DNA of 64,000 bases from Thecamonas trahens ATCC 50062 (Eukaryota > Protista > Apusomonadida). Below the pieces are notes generated by a model that worked only from the letters and a program-made list of their open reading frames with translations, searched no databases and was not told the origin of the DNA. The stretch spans positions 62,001 through 126,000 of the forward strand of contig NW_013657653.1 of NCBI RefSeq assembly GCF_000142905.1, in the 5' to 3' direction. The translations under genes and the position numbers were made by a program. Shown here piece after piece: positions 11,020-23,741 of the stretch (positions are counted from its first letter, which is position 1; every line of letters begins with the position of its first letter).

Positions 11020-12649
11020 TTAAAGGTTGATGACACGGGAGAGCTTCTGCACCCGGTTGAGGAGCAGGTCACCCTGCTTAATGGTCTGCTGGTAGAGCGA
11101 GTTCTTCGAGTCGGAGCGGGTGGTGTAGATGGTGCCCGAGACGGCGTCGATGGAGCAGTGGACCCGGCCCGACGCAACAAAGCGCGAGAGCTCACGGTCA
11201 ATAAACTCAGCGGTGACCCCAAACTGAGCCGCCATCGACTCCATGGTGACCGAGCGGTACGAGCGCAGGATCTGGTTGTAGGCGCGAATGCGCATCTCGC
11301 GACAGTAGAAGCGGGCGTGCTCGTGCATGTAGCGGTCCTTGGCAAGCTCGTCGCCGAGTGCGGCGAGCGCAACAAAGAACTCGGCGTACTTGCACTCATA
11401 GAGCGCATGGAGAAGGTCGCCGGCGGCGCCGAGCTCCTTCGACACCGACAGCACGTCGGGCGACTGCATGAGCTTGTCCTGCAGATCGACGCGCGGGAGC
11501 TGGAGCGAGCCCATGATGACCGCGTACCGGATGTACGTCGCAAACGGCGCAAGCTCGTACGACGTAAACGTCGCCAGCGTGTCTATATGCAGAGAAATGC
11601 GCGAGGTGAGTGGGGGTAAAGAAGGCAGCAGCACACAAGTACAAAGCCCAGGGGGGCGGAACCAAACCAAGATCAGCGGTTTTGGTAAATAAGATAGTGT
11701 CCTCAGAAACGTCGACAAACGTAATCAGCAGCAGATCTGATTAGTCATCATCTCAAGGTTGGTCCGCAAAAAAAAGTGTTGGGAAACAAAGCAAGTTCGT
11801 ACCAAGGAACAGCTGTGACGACTTGTCGAACGAACGAATCGACATGTTGTACACAGCCTGGTAGGCCATGAGCCTGTTGCGGCGCTCCCAGTCGCCGCCC
11901 TTCTCGGCGAGATCGGCAGCCTCGGGAAGCACACCCGCAAGCAGGACGTGGTCAAGGTAAAAGAGGCCTAGGCGGGCCTTGAGGAAGACAAGATCAAGCT
12001 TGAGGCCCGACCCGACCGTCTTCTCCATGGTGGCATCGATGGCCTCGAGCGAGGCCGTCCGGTCGCCCATGGCCACAAGGGCGAGTGCCTTGCGCTCCAT
12101 GTGGGCCCGGACCTCGACCTCACCCTCGGACTTTTCAGCCTCGGCGATGTCGGCGTCGATAGCCTCGAGCTTGGCCGCATTGGCCTTGGTCAGCGTCGCC
12201 ACCAGTTGGTCGTCCGCATCCCACCCGAGCCGCTCACACACATATGTGTAAAACGGCACCATGCCGTTCTTCTCCACCGCAGCCATGATTTTGGCCTTGG
12301 CCTCTTCATTGCCTGCATCCTGCTCGAGATCGAACAGAGCCTGCGGCAGCTGTACAATACTCGCCAGTTCGGTGTGGGTGAGTCAGAGAGGGGAGAGGAA
12401 AGGGGGGGGGGGCTTGGCCAAGGCGACCGACCGACAAAGAAAAATTCTGAGCGACGCGCCATTTTCATCAATTGATGGACGAAGGCGACCCGCTGCGGGA
12501 GAGCGGGGGGGGAAGGGCGGAGGGTAAGGAGAAGGAACAGCACCAACACCTAGTGGTAGCGGAGATGGGGGGAGGGGGAGGGGGAAGGGGGAGGGGGGGT
12601 TGCGTACGGTCAGGTCCGGGATGTACATCTCCGGAAGCAGCTCGTCCAT
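11020..12649 (-). CDS. PSMD6: 26S proteasome lid subunit RPN7; exons 12649-12608, 12349-11803, 11582-11020
   Basis: GGDWERRNRL, TFTSYEL, REMRIRAYNQIL.SY and KQGDLLLNRVQKL motifs; two GTACG..AG introns join in frame. Confidence 0.97.
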
Positions 12650-13114
12650 GGTTAAAAGGTCTCCTTCAAGCTCGCCGCAGCGATCGAGAAAATGGAGACG
12701 ATTGTTGCTCAGTGAAACTCTGATTGAACTCGAGAAGGTCGCCGCAAGTCAGTCATCGGTTGGATCGACTCATTCCGTCGGCAAAGTCCAGCCGAGTTTG
12801 GCCGAGTTGACACCGAGTTGGACTGAGTCGTCAGCTGCTGGGCTGGTGATGGCTATCATAGCCGGAGAGGACGATTACGTCCAAAAACCCGCTAAAGTGC
12901 TTGAGAAGGGAAGACGGAGAGAAAGAAGGGATGGGGAGGGCATTGGGATGATGGAAACTGCTCGGAGCCGTCCCATCATCACCGCCCAAACACGGCGGCA
13001 ACAGGCGCGACAGCGGGCACAGCGGGCAGGGCCAGGAGGAAGCCAGGACAGACGAGACCACTTGACCAAGTCTACCGCAGGTGGTGGAACCGGGCGAGGG
13101 AGAGAGGCAGGCGG

Positions 13115-16100
13115 ATGAGTGGGCGGCGGAGCAAGAGCAGGTCCCGCTCCAATACGGCCACGACCACGGGCAAGGCAAGGCGGAGCAGGTCCAAGACAAA
13201 GGCCTCGACCTCGGGCTCGAGGAAGATGACCAAGGCCAGCTTTGCGCTCTTTGACCATTCGTCCGACTCGGATGAAGTGGCCAACGATGACGACTTTGCG
13301 TCGTCAGACGATGACGGCCGTGCACCAGGCGGCGATGCCGATGACGATGACGACAGGAAAGGCAACTCATCATCGTCGTACGACGACGACGATGACGATG
13401 ACGGCTCGTTGGGATCAATCGACGACGACGACTCGGACTCGGAGTCCTCGTCAGCGGCCTCGTCGTCCACATCGTCCAGTACGGGGCAGAAAGGAAGAGG
13501 CGGTAGGCCGGCGAGGCTGGCGAGGTCAGGCAGGTCGGGACCCACCGAGTCGCTGGCGGCGGCGGCGGCGACAGCGGCGGCGGCGCGGCGCGGCGGATCG
13601 TGGGAAGCGACAATGGCGGCGAGAGCACAGCGCAAAGCGCGGCGGGCGCGGATTTTTGGCCGCGGTGCAGACGATGTGTACACACAGCGACGCATCGGGA
13701 GGGATGACTTTCGGATGCGTGGCGACGGCTCGGCCTCGGGCTCGATGAGTGACGACGAGAGCGGGAGCAACGACGAGATGGCGAGGGCGGTCGATTTGGA
13801 GAGCGAAATTCGAGGAATGAGCCGCCGCCAGCAGAGCCGGGCCCGGAACCAGGCTGCTGTGGGCTCCAAGCCCAAGTACAAGCCCGAGGTTGAGGCCAAG
13901 CTTGCCACCGCAAACGCCGCGTTTGGCGACGGGCGGTACGCCGATGCAGGCACGGCGCTGCAGCGAGCGATCCAGCTTGATCCCAAGTGCGTGACAGCAT
14001 ACACGTTGCTTGCGCTCGTCCGCGAGCATCTCGGCAAGCACGACCATGCTGCTCGTTTCTACATGCTTGCCGCCGACATCCAGAGCAACGACGCCAGCAT
14101 GTGGCTGCTCGCGGCGTCCAAGATGCAGGATGTGGCTCAGGGCATGGAGCCCGGCCCAGTCCGCACCGCCTTTCTGGAGCAGGCTGTCAATGCCTTTGCC
14201 ACCGCCGACGAGCTGGCCAGAAGCCACGAGCACCGGATGCACCGCGGCGCCATGCTCCACGAGATCGGAAACTCGCCGCGGCCGCCGACGTGCTGGCTGC
14301 CGAGTACGCTGACGTGGCGGCGTCCAGCGCCGACATCGCCAGCCACCTCACCGTCCTCTCGCTCCTTGTGCCGTCGCTGGAGCATGTCGGTGACTCGAGG
14401 CGGCTGGTGTCGGTGCTGGAGAAGTTTGCTGGCGTGCTGGCAAGCGCGGCAGCTCGCGGTGTAGCACCAGCCATGGCCTCGTCATACCTGACCAAGCTTG
14501 TGCTCCTCTACGTCCGCCAGAGCCGGTTTGCCGACGCGCGAGCCATTCTCCGCGACCATCTCGACACGCCGAGCCATATCGGTGGCCTCGAGTCACGTCC
14601 GCTCGAGCTGCGAGTTGTGGCTGGCATTGTGGCGCTGTTTGAGGGCGAGCGTGCAAGCGCCGAGCAGGAGTTTACCGCCCTGCTCGAGCGCGACGCCGCC
14701 GACTATGCCGACCTTTACCAACTTGTCGCCGATGCCTTCTTTGACCTCAAGATGTTCGCCGAGGCCGCGAAAGTGTACTCGAAGCTCGTCGACGTGGTCA
14801 TGGACGAGAGCGAGGACCCGACGTCGCAGCACATCTTTACACGACACGCCGAGTCGCTGGCGCGGGTGGCGACTACCGTCAACGACGCCATCTCAGTCTA
14901 CCATGGCCTCCATCAGCGCCAGCCAGACAATGTCAACGTAGCTGTCTCGCTCGTCGAATTGCTCCGCAACGCGGCGGCCAACGCCGCCGCTGCCGAGTCG
15001 GGCGAGTCGAGCGATGACGATGATGACGCCGCCGACGTTCTGCTTGCGCGCGCAACCGCAGTCATCGACAAGGTCCTCCGCACGCGGCGCGCAGCCCAGT
15101 TCCGGGCCAACCGGCTCGGCACCGGCATGAGCACCGGGACCGGCGCTGCAGCCGACGACGACCCGAGCACACTGCGCAAGTCGATGCTCCAGCACGTGCG
15201 GCTGTTGCTGCACAAGGCCGAGCTCGACCTCACTGCCGGGCGCCACCACGAGTACAACGGCATGCTGCGCCCGATCCTTGCGACGGCGCTCAAGCACGAC
15301 CCACTGTTTGGATTTCCCAGCGAGGCTACCGGGCACGGCGGCGGAAGCACGGTCCGCGGCGGCGACGACTCGGTCTTTGCCACGCTGGAGACGTTTGCCA
15401 ACTCGGAGCTGTTGGTCCGGCAGGGCCCGCCGCGGGTGGTAGCGCCGATTTCGGACATTTGCCCGCCGGTTCAGATCATGGAGCACGTGACCAACGTGGC
15501 CAAGCTTCTGTTCAACGAGTACCTCGCCTCACAAGAGGGCGCAGTGCTGAAGGAGGCCTTTGCCATGGTCTTGGTCCTCCTCGGAGCGGAATCGCGGCTG
15601 CGGACCAAGGCGCTGTCGACAGCGCGCGACGGGAGTCTGGCAAGCGGAGAGGCCAGCGGCGACGGCGAGGCCATCTTTGACAAGCTCATCGACCGGCTCC
15701 GGGTCTTGCTTATCACGCTCGGTGGCATGCTCGATGAGCACGCAGCGGTGGCGGCGCAGGCGCGGACGCTGGTGTCATCGCGGCCAACGGTGACGGGGCA
15801 AATTTGGGATCAGTACCTGGTGGCAGCGCTGCGGTCGGGTGAATTCTTCACCCTCTGCAGCGACCTGCGCATCCTGGCGCAGGTTGTCCCGGATCATGTG
15901 CCGCTCCACCTCGCGCACGCGCACACACTGATGGCGGCTGGCGATGTGGCCAAGGCGGCGTCAGCGTATCTCTCGACCCGTGCCGTGTGGGAGCACGGCG
16001 CAGACTCGGACCCAAAGGCCCAGACTGTGCTTGACCTCTGCACCGCTGCGTCAATGGTCCAGCTCGCCGTCCTGCCGGAGACGTCAGACCCGGCGACGGC

Positions 16101-16491
16101 GATGGTGATGGCGACCGCGTATCTGCGGTCGTACTACGAGCGAGAGCGGATGGCGCCGGACCCGATGGGCGCGCGCTTTGTCGAGGCTGCCTACAACATC
16201 GGCCGCGCTTTTCACCACGTTCAGCTGTACTCGCTCGCCCTGCCGGCGTACGAGGCTGCCCTTGAGCCTCTCACCATCCTTCTCGACTGGCTCGATAGCG
16301 TCGACACCGAGGCTGTCTGCGGCGATGTGGCCGCCATTCACGCCAACGCCTTCCGTGCACGGCTTTGGACTCTTCGGAGGAAGACCGGTCTCAACATCTG
16401 CGCTGTTCACGAGTCGCTCCACAACCCGGCCCTTGCCCGGGCCGTCTTTGCCCGCCACTGCCTCATCAGGCCAGGATCGTCCGTGCTCTAG
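13115..16491 (+). CDS. GTF3C3: TFIIIC 102-kDa TPR subunit (Tfc4), with a frameshift near 14270
   Basis: Acidic N-terminus, TPR array, and C-terminal EAAYNIGRAFHH...LRRKTGLN......NPALARAV...HCLI typical of Tfc4. Two overlapping ORFs join after HEIG (GGAAAC) by a -1 shift. Confidence 0.82.
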
Positions 16492-16715
16492 CCCACCTCC
16501 CACCCACAAGAGCAACGTAACTGTCATTCCCTTAACTACACGAGTAGGCAAACGCATCTGACTGATTTGATTGTCATCCATCTGACCAACCAGTCGGCGG
16601 TGGCCTTCGTTTCGTCGGCCGATGGGGTCACGGCCCGTCAAGCCAGCCAAAGACCAAGCCAGCCGGGTAGCCACCGACACCAACAGCGGCACTCGTCGCG
16701 CTCACTCTGCCCACC

Positions 16716-17978
16716 ATGGTACGCAACACAAGCCAGAGTAGCCTAACCTTCCCCGCACAATCTTTCCCATAGTGCTATGACATACGGCATAATAATGAGG
16801 GTACGAGACGGGANNNNNNNNNNNNNNNNNNNNNNNNNNNNNNNNNNNNNNNNNNNNNNNNNNNNNNNNNNNNNNNNNNNNNNNNNNNNNNNNNNNNNNN
16901 NNNNNNNNNNNNNNNNNNNNNNNNNNNNNNNNNNNNNNNNNNNNNNNNNNNNNNNNNNNNNNNNNNNNNNNNNNNNNNNNNNNNNNNNNNNNNNNNNNNN
17001 NNNNNNNNNNNNNNNNNNNNNNNNNNNNNNNNNNNNNNNNNNNNNNNNNNNNNNNNNNNNNNNNNNNNNNNNNNTCCCCACCTCCCTTCCTCGTCCTCTC
17101 TCCCCCTCCCCCTCCCCTCCCTCCTCTCTCTCTCTCTCTCTCTCTCCCTCTCTCCCTCTCCCCCTTCCGTCCTCCCTACGGCCGCATTGTCCCCCTTCCC
17201 CCTCCCTCCCCTTCCTCCCTCCCCGCATCACTCACATGGTGTGGCCACTCTATGACAGAGCATCATGACGTACAATGGCGCCGCCATCATCGCCATGAAG
17301 TACGTGAACAGGACGATGATAAGGGTGTGAGGGTGGGGGGAGGAGAAGGTGATAGTGTGCGGGGGGTGACTCATCATGTGTGGCGTGGTGCGCAGGGGCA
17401 AGGACTGCGTGGCGATCGCGTCGGATACCCGGCTGGGCATCCAGGCAATGACGGTGGCGACGGACTTCCAGAAGGTCTTCAAAATCCACGACTACCTGTA
17501 TCTGGGCATGGCCGGGCTTGCGACGGACGTGCAGACGCTGGACGCACTGTTCCAGTTCAAACACAACATGTTTGCGCTCCGGGAGAACCGCAACATGTCG
17601 CCGTCAGCCTTTCTGGCGATGGTCTCTTCGACGCTGTACTCGAAGCGGTTTGGCCCGTACTTTGTGGAGCCTGTTGTGGCCGGCCTCACGGTCAAGCCTG
17701 ACGGAAGCGTGGAGCCGTACGTGGGCGGCACCGACCTGATCGGCTGCATCTCATCACCGGATGGCTTTGCCGTCTCGGGCACCATGTCCGAGGCCCTCTA
17801 CGGTCCGTGCGAGTCGATGTACAAGCCCGATCTCGAGCCTGAGGACCTGTTCGAGACCATCTCGCAGTGCATGCTCGCCGGCGTCGACCGCGACGCTGTC
17901 TCGGGCTGGGGCGTCGTCGTCCACATCATCACCAAGGACGAGGTCATCACACGCCACCTCAAGAACCGCATGGACTAG
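16716..17978 (+). CDS. PSMB3: 20S proteasome beta-3; exons 16716-16718 (ATG only), 17259-17299, 17396-17978
   Basis: The spliced product [53 protein letters not shown] matches beta-3. ccaccATG|GTACGC supplies the start; an alternative in-frame ATGAGG|GTACGA exists at about 16795. Confidence 0.96.
16814..17074. other. Assembly gap inside PSMB3 intron 1
   Basis: Run of N flanked by low-complexity C-rich sequence. Confidence 1.
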
Positions 17979-18174
17979 ACATGGCTGACGCACTGCTGCG
18001 CGATGAAATGAACTCTGATTGGCGTTAGACTGGCAAGGACCTCGCCTTGGGGGTGTGGGAGGTAGGGAGAGCACGGATCGTCGGAGCCAGCGAGTCTCTA
18101 CACAATACAGAGCGGGTGTGTGTGGAGCCGATTGCGTTGCGTGCGTGGGATCTCTTGATTCCGTTGGACTTTAC

Positions 18175-19417
18175 TCAGATGTTCGACGGGAAGAGCATGA
18201 CGCGGACGGGGGCGCCGAACGAGCGGGGCGGGAGGTTGCGCTTGAACTTGGCGCGGACAAGGCCAGAGTTGCCGTGCGGGCGGGTGATCTTGCCCCAGAT
18301 GTAGCGGGTGGTCGAGCCCTTGAGGTCCTTCTTCTCGCCCTTGTAGACGTACGCGACGCGCTTGCCAACGTAGAAGTTGGTGGCCTTGCGGGTGTTGCAG
18401 CCCTCAAGCTTGAGGAGCGAGGTGTGCGGGTAGTGGACAACCTTGGACCTACAGTAACCATGCCAATGCCAGCGTATGCGTGAGTGTGGCTCGTGTGGTA
18501 GGCGGGGGGGAGGGGGGGGGGACGGGGCGGGGGAGGAGGTGAAAATGACAAAGTGGGGGAACGGGTGATCACCAGCTGGCCAATGGTGAGCCTCGGTCGA
18601 GTGGGAAGGGGGGGGGGGCCGGGTCGGCACGCGCTGGCGCGACGAGAGAGAGCAAGACGGAGCGAGGACAGCAGATGGGGGAGGCAATGGGCATAAACAC
18701 TGGGTTGACGAGTACAATGACCACAGCAGCGGCGTGTGGTAGAGGGAGGAAGTAGCGAGGGAGAGCGGGAGAGAGAGGGGAGGAGAAGGAGGGGAAGGGG
18801 GGAGGACAAAGTCATACAAAAATGGGAGGGGGAAGAAGGGACGTACCGCTTGTAGCCAACGTGGACAGCCTTGACGTAAGTGCTGTAGTGGGGTAGCACG
18901 GACATAGAGCAATGATGTGAGTCTGTTCGATGGTCTGTATCTCTTCTCCCTTGCCCATACCAGCTGTGTATGAGCCCCCTAGGCGGTGGTCGGTGATGGC
19001 CGAACACCCAAATTAATGGTCGGGTCGAGGCCGAGGCCAGGCCGACTTTGGGAGCGGAGCACAGGGGGGACAGACACTCTTACACGAGCACCAGAAGGTC
19101 AACGATGTGCGCACCAAGCGTAGACACCTCATATACCCTACTGGAGCGTGCTCGCTCACTTGTGCTTCGCTGTGGCGAGGCCGAGAGGATGGCGGACGAG
19201 CCGACAAAGGCAGTCCTCAGCCCATTTTCTCTCCCTCGCTCCCATCCCACCGCCACCCCCAAGGAGACGAGGACTACCTTGGAGGCAACCAAGCACAAGC
19301 TAAGATATCAAGCGCATGCGTGGGTACCTCCAGTACGATAGGCACTCATACTACTTGGTCGTGGCTGCTGTCAACTCTCTCACTCCCTTTGTCTCATCCT
19401 CTCACGTACCGCGGCAT
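18175..19417 (-). CDS. RPL35A: 60S ribosomal protein eL33/L35a; exons 19417-19410, 18882-18847, 18448-18175
   Basis: The spliced product is [60 protein letters not shown] (105 aa). Confidence 0.96.
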
Positions 19418-20165
19418 TGTGTGTGCTGTGTGAAGTGTTGCGATGGTCGGTTCATTCGCCAGCGAACGAAAGACCGAACGATTTCCTCCCGCCAACTCAA
19501 ACGCCACCGCCGCCAACCCGCTCACTGACCTCGAGTCGAACAAGGTAAAGGGCGGCGAGGCGTCCGATTCTACGCTCAAGGTCTGCAGTCTGTGCGAGTA
19601 CTTGTAGTTGAGGATGCGATCATTAGCTCGCTCCACCTGCAGCAGTGTATGCGATCGTGCAAGCTTCCACAGCTGGTGATCATGGCTAAGAGCATGCCAC
19701 TGGCGCCTGTGTCGCCTTTGCCTGGCGTGCCAGACGCACCATGGCGCGAGCATGATGCGTTTCCCAGGCAACTACTATGGCTGCACACCTCATTTCCGAG
19801 TTGTATGCGTGTGACGGGCGGCGGAATAATGATTAGAGGTCATTGATGCGAAGAGCCATGCACAGCGATGGTGTGGGGAGTTGGGCCGGGCGGGACGGGA
19901 GGGGTCCGCAGCTGGGCCTAGATGCCGAACCCCGATGCCACCAAGGTCCGCTCATGATTGGCAGCAGGACAGGTGATGAACATGTTCGGATATAGATGGT
20001 GGTTGGTGGTGGGCTATGATGGGAAGCGTGGATGGCAGCGATGATGCTAAAGTGTCCCCCAGCAAGTACGGTGCTTGATGGTGGGGGGGAGGCGGAGTCG
20101 GCGCGAGCTAGAGTGGACAAAGGCGACGGCGAGGGCAACACCCGACTCTTTGAGGCATACGTATC

Positions 20166-22049
20166 ATGGCGGCGTCCTACGAAGCTGTGAAGGAGACGTT
20201 TGAGCGTGCCAATGCCGAGAAGGAGATCAACCCAGCTGCGGCTGTGACCAAGTACCGTTCGCTCCTTGAGCTTAATCCCAGTACGTGATGATGGTGATGA
20301 TGGTGGTGGTAGAAGGGGGTGGAAGGGTGGGTAGGGTGGGTAGGGCGGGTAGGGGGTAGGCAGGGGGTAGGGATGGGGGACTGGGATGAGAAGATAGACA
20401 GAGAGAGGAAGGGAGAGGGTGTGTATGTATGATATAGAAGTGGTGAATATAGCTGGTTTGTGTGTGGGAGACTGGGGGTGGGGAGGTGGTGGAGGTCGGT
20501 GGAGGTAAAGGTGCCTGTGGTTGGCTTGGTCGGTGGTCAAGGCGACCTGTGCCCGGCCCCGCCCCGCCCCCCCCCCCCCCCCACCCCGGCCACCCAAACT
20601 CGCCAGCTCCAACCCCCACCAAGCCACACACTCTGCCTTTCACTACCTCCCACATACTACACACATACCCTCCATTTCTTCTGCTGTCACATACGTCATG
20701 CATGGACACGTGGTGGACATGGTGGTCTCCTGTGGTCGGTGCTGGTGGGAAGCGGCAAATTCCTCCAGGCGCGCACTCGTCGGCAGGAAGGGTATGGCGG
20801 AGAGAAAGAGAGGGACACTCACGTGATACCGAGTCGATCTGTGGCTGTGGCTGTGGAACGTGCATGCGAACGGATAGAGGACGATCCGGAGAAGATTGCT
20901 GAGCAGGCGCTGGTTGCGCTGGGCGAGGTGCTCGTGGCTCAGGGCGATGCCGGAGCCATTGTGGAGCTGTTTGAAGTGGTCAAGGGCATGGCAGAGATGA
21001 TGTCCAAGGCGCGGACGGCAAAGATTGTGCGAATGATGCTGACGGTGCTGGGCAAGGTCGACGAGGGCTCTGTGCTCTCTGTCTCTGTCGCAGAGGGTCT
21101 CATCGAGTGGGCCAAGGAGACAGGACGCAAGTTCCTGCGGCAGCGGCTGGAGGCGTCGCTGGCAGGCATGTACGCAGACGCCGGCGAGTACTCCAAGTCG
21201 CTGACGCTTCTGGCGCCGGTGCTCAAGGAGGTGAAGAAGCTGGAGGACAAGCTGCTCCTCGTGGAGCTGCACCTTGTGGAGTCTCGGGTCCACCACGCGC
21301 TGCGCAACCTGCCCAAGGCCAAGGCTTCGCTGACGTCTGCGCGGACGTCGTCGACAGCGGTCTTTTGCCCGCCGCTCATGCAGGCGCAGATCGAGTCGCA
21401 GGCCGGCGTGCTCCAGGCCGAGGAGAAGGACTACAAGACGGCGTACTCGTACTTTTTCGAGGCCTTTGAGGGCTACGCCTCGCTGGCAGCCATGCCCGAG
21501 CTCAACACCGAGCCGCTGGCTGTCGCTTCGCTCAAGTACATGCTGCTGTGCAAGGTGATGATGGACAAGCCACAGGAGGTGACCTCGGTCGTCAACAACA
21601 AGGCCGTCCTCAAGTTCTCAGGCGACCACGTGACGGCCATGCAGGCCATCGCCGCCGCCGCTATCGACCGCTCGCTGCACAAGTTCCAGGCCGCCATCGA
21701 TGAGTACCCGTCCCACCTGGCCGAAGACCCAGTCATTGCCGCACACCTCAAGACCCTCTACGACTCGCTGTTCGAGGCTAACCTCCTCCGCATCATCGAG
21801 CCGTACACCTCGGTCCAGGTCGCTCACATCGCACAGACCATCGCCCTCCCGCTCGACGTTGTCGAGTCCAAGCTCTCCAAGATGATCCTCGACGGTAAGC
21901 TCTCGGGCGTCCTCGACCAGGACGTCGACGCCCTCATCGTCTACGACGAGCCCAAGCAGGACAAGGCCCTGGCCGCCTCGCTCGACGTCATCGACAACAT
22001 GTCGCAGGTTGTCGACTCGCTCTTCAACAAGGTCAACAACCTGTCATAG
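20166..22049 (+). CDS. PSMD11: 26S proteasome lid subunit RPN6; exons 20166-20280 and 20878-22049
   Basis: KARTAKIVR, FLRQRLE, EKDYKTAYSYFFEAFEG, LKYMLLCK and a PCI domain; phase-1 GTACGT..TAG intron. Confidence 0.97.
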
Positions 22050-22285
22050 ACTCCTACCATCCGCTTCACACGCTTTAAGCGGCCCGCCGCCATCTCGGCT
22101 CTCCTCTACTCTGCTCCTCCCAATGAAGCATCTGCGCTCCCCTCCCCCTCCCACCCCCCCTTCCATTGCCGTCGTCGCCTCGGAATCGATTGGAAGTGTC
22201 TTTTCGTTCGCAAGAGCAAAACGCCAGACTTTGCTCGCCGGTTGCCATCCACTTTCACGACGGCATACCCCACGTCGATCTTCAC

Positions 22286-22534
22286 GTACGTATGCCATGA
22301 ACATGGAGTACCCCCCCCCTCCCCCTCCCCCACCACCACCACCCCTACCACACACACACACAATACTAGTGCCATGTACTCTGTGCAGAGTGGTTACCTC
22401 GGCAAGGAGGTGGTCAATGAGCTGCAAGTGCAAGGAGAACAGCAGGGAGGGTGCCCGCTGTTGTTGATGAGATATTTTTGGGTGTGTTTTTTGTCTGACT
22501 CACACACAAGTTGCTCATGGTGATGTGGATACAG
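22286..22534 (+). other. Predicted 5'-UTR intron of RPLP0
   Basis: GTACGT at 22286, GACTCAC at 22497 and the first downstream CAG at 22534, 62 nt before the ATG. Confidence 0.65.
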
Positions 22535-22596
22535 AGGCCGACCCACCCCCCTTAACACGTCCTTGAAATCTATCTAGGCCCCTTTCATCACTCAAA

Positions 22597-23556
22597 ATGG
22601 AATCGGGAGGACGCGCTGCCAAGTTTGCCAAGAAGGCTGCCTACTACGACAAGGTTGTCGCCCTCTTCCAGGAGTACTCCAAGGTCATCCTGGTTGATGC
22701 TGACAATGTCGGTTCGTCGCAGATGCAGCAGATCCGCATTGCCCTCCGCGGCAAGGCTACTCTGCTCATGGGCAAGAACACCATGATCCGCCGTGCTCTT
22801 CGCGCCATCGCCGAGGAGGACGAGAAGATCGAGCGCATCCTGCCGCTCATCGTCGGCAACGTCGGCCTCGTCTTCACCCACGAGGAGCCGGCCGAGATCC
22901 GCGCCCTCATCGGTGCCAACCGTGTCGGTGCCCCGGCCAAGGCTGGTGCCATCGCCCCGTGCGACGTCGACGTCCCTGCCGGCCCGACTGGCATGGAGCC
23001 CGGTCTGACTGCCTTCTTCCAGGCTCTCAACATTGCCACCAAGATTGCTCGTGGCCAGATTGAGATCGTGGCGGACATCAAGCTCATCACTAAGGGCGAC
23101 AAGGTCTCGGCCTCCGAGGCTGTGCTTCTCCAGAAGCTTGGCATCAAGCCGTTCTCGTACGGTCTTGAGGCCAAGACCATCTACGACGACGGTGTCGTCT
23201 ACGATGCTGCCGTCCTCGACCTCACCTCGGAGGACATCGGCGCCATGCTCGCCAACGCCGCCAAGGACATCGGTGCCATCTCGCTGGCCATCGACTACCC
23301 GACCGTCGTCTCGGTGCCGCACTCGATCCTCAACGGCTTCAAGAACGTCATGTTCGTCTCGCTCGGCTCCGAGTACACCATCAAGGAGATCGCCGAGCTC
23401 AAGGCTCTGCTCGACGACCCGGAGGCCCTCGCCGCCGCCCAGGCTGCCGCTGCCGCCTCTGGTGACGCTGCCGACGCCGCCGCCGCCGCCGCCGACGACT
23501 CGGGCAACGACGACTCGTCGTCCGAGATGTCGGGCATGTTCGACATGTTCGGTTAA
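22597..23556 (+). CDS. RPLP0: 60S acidic ribosomal protein P0 (uL10)
   Basis: DNVGSSQMQQIRIALRG, MGKNTMIRRA, GPTGMEP and an acidic/Ala-rich tail ending MFDMFG. Confidence 0.98.
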   Translation: MESGGRAAKFAKKAAYYDKVVALFQEYSKVILVDADNVGSSQMQQIRIALRGKATLLMGKNTMIRRALRAIAEEDEKIERILPLIVGNVGLVFTHEEPAEIRALIGANRVGAPAKAGAIAPCDVDVPAGPTGMEPGLTAFFQALNIATKIARGQIEIVADIKLITKGDKVSASEAVLLQKLGIKPFSYGLEAKTIYDDGVVYDAAVLDLTSEDIGAMLANAAKDIGAISLAIDYPTVVSVPHSILNGFKNVMFVSLGSEYTIKEIAELKALLDDPEALAAAQAAAAASGDAADAAAAAADDSGNDDSSSEMSGMFDMFG

Positions 23557-23741
23557 GCAACTGCTCTGCTAGCCTACCCAATTTTGGAGCCATCGCTCTC
23601 TGCCCACCGCAGCCGACGGGTTCCTATCCGAGACTGCTGTTGATAAAGCGCAAACTTGGCCAGTATCGATTGCTACGTCGAAGATGGCCTTGATGGTGTG
23701 AGACCTCTCGAGTGCGACACACTTGACGCCTCCAATCGACC

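Noticed and set aside
14255-14285. Programmed -1 frameshift at GGAAAC (and AGAAAC at about 49421)
   Set aside because: Not in-frame X_XXY_YYZ heptamers; a homopolymer undercall is simpler.
18883-19409. Intronic C/D snoRNA in RPL35A
   Set aside because: No sense-strand RTGATGA box found; an H/ACA snoRNA cannot be excluded by eye.
19500-19830. Minus-strand WHALSHDHQLWK, F-box-like fragment
   Set aside because: No coherent ORF or upstream F-box residues; at best a decayed remnant.
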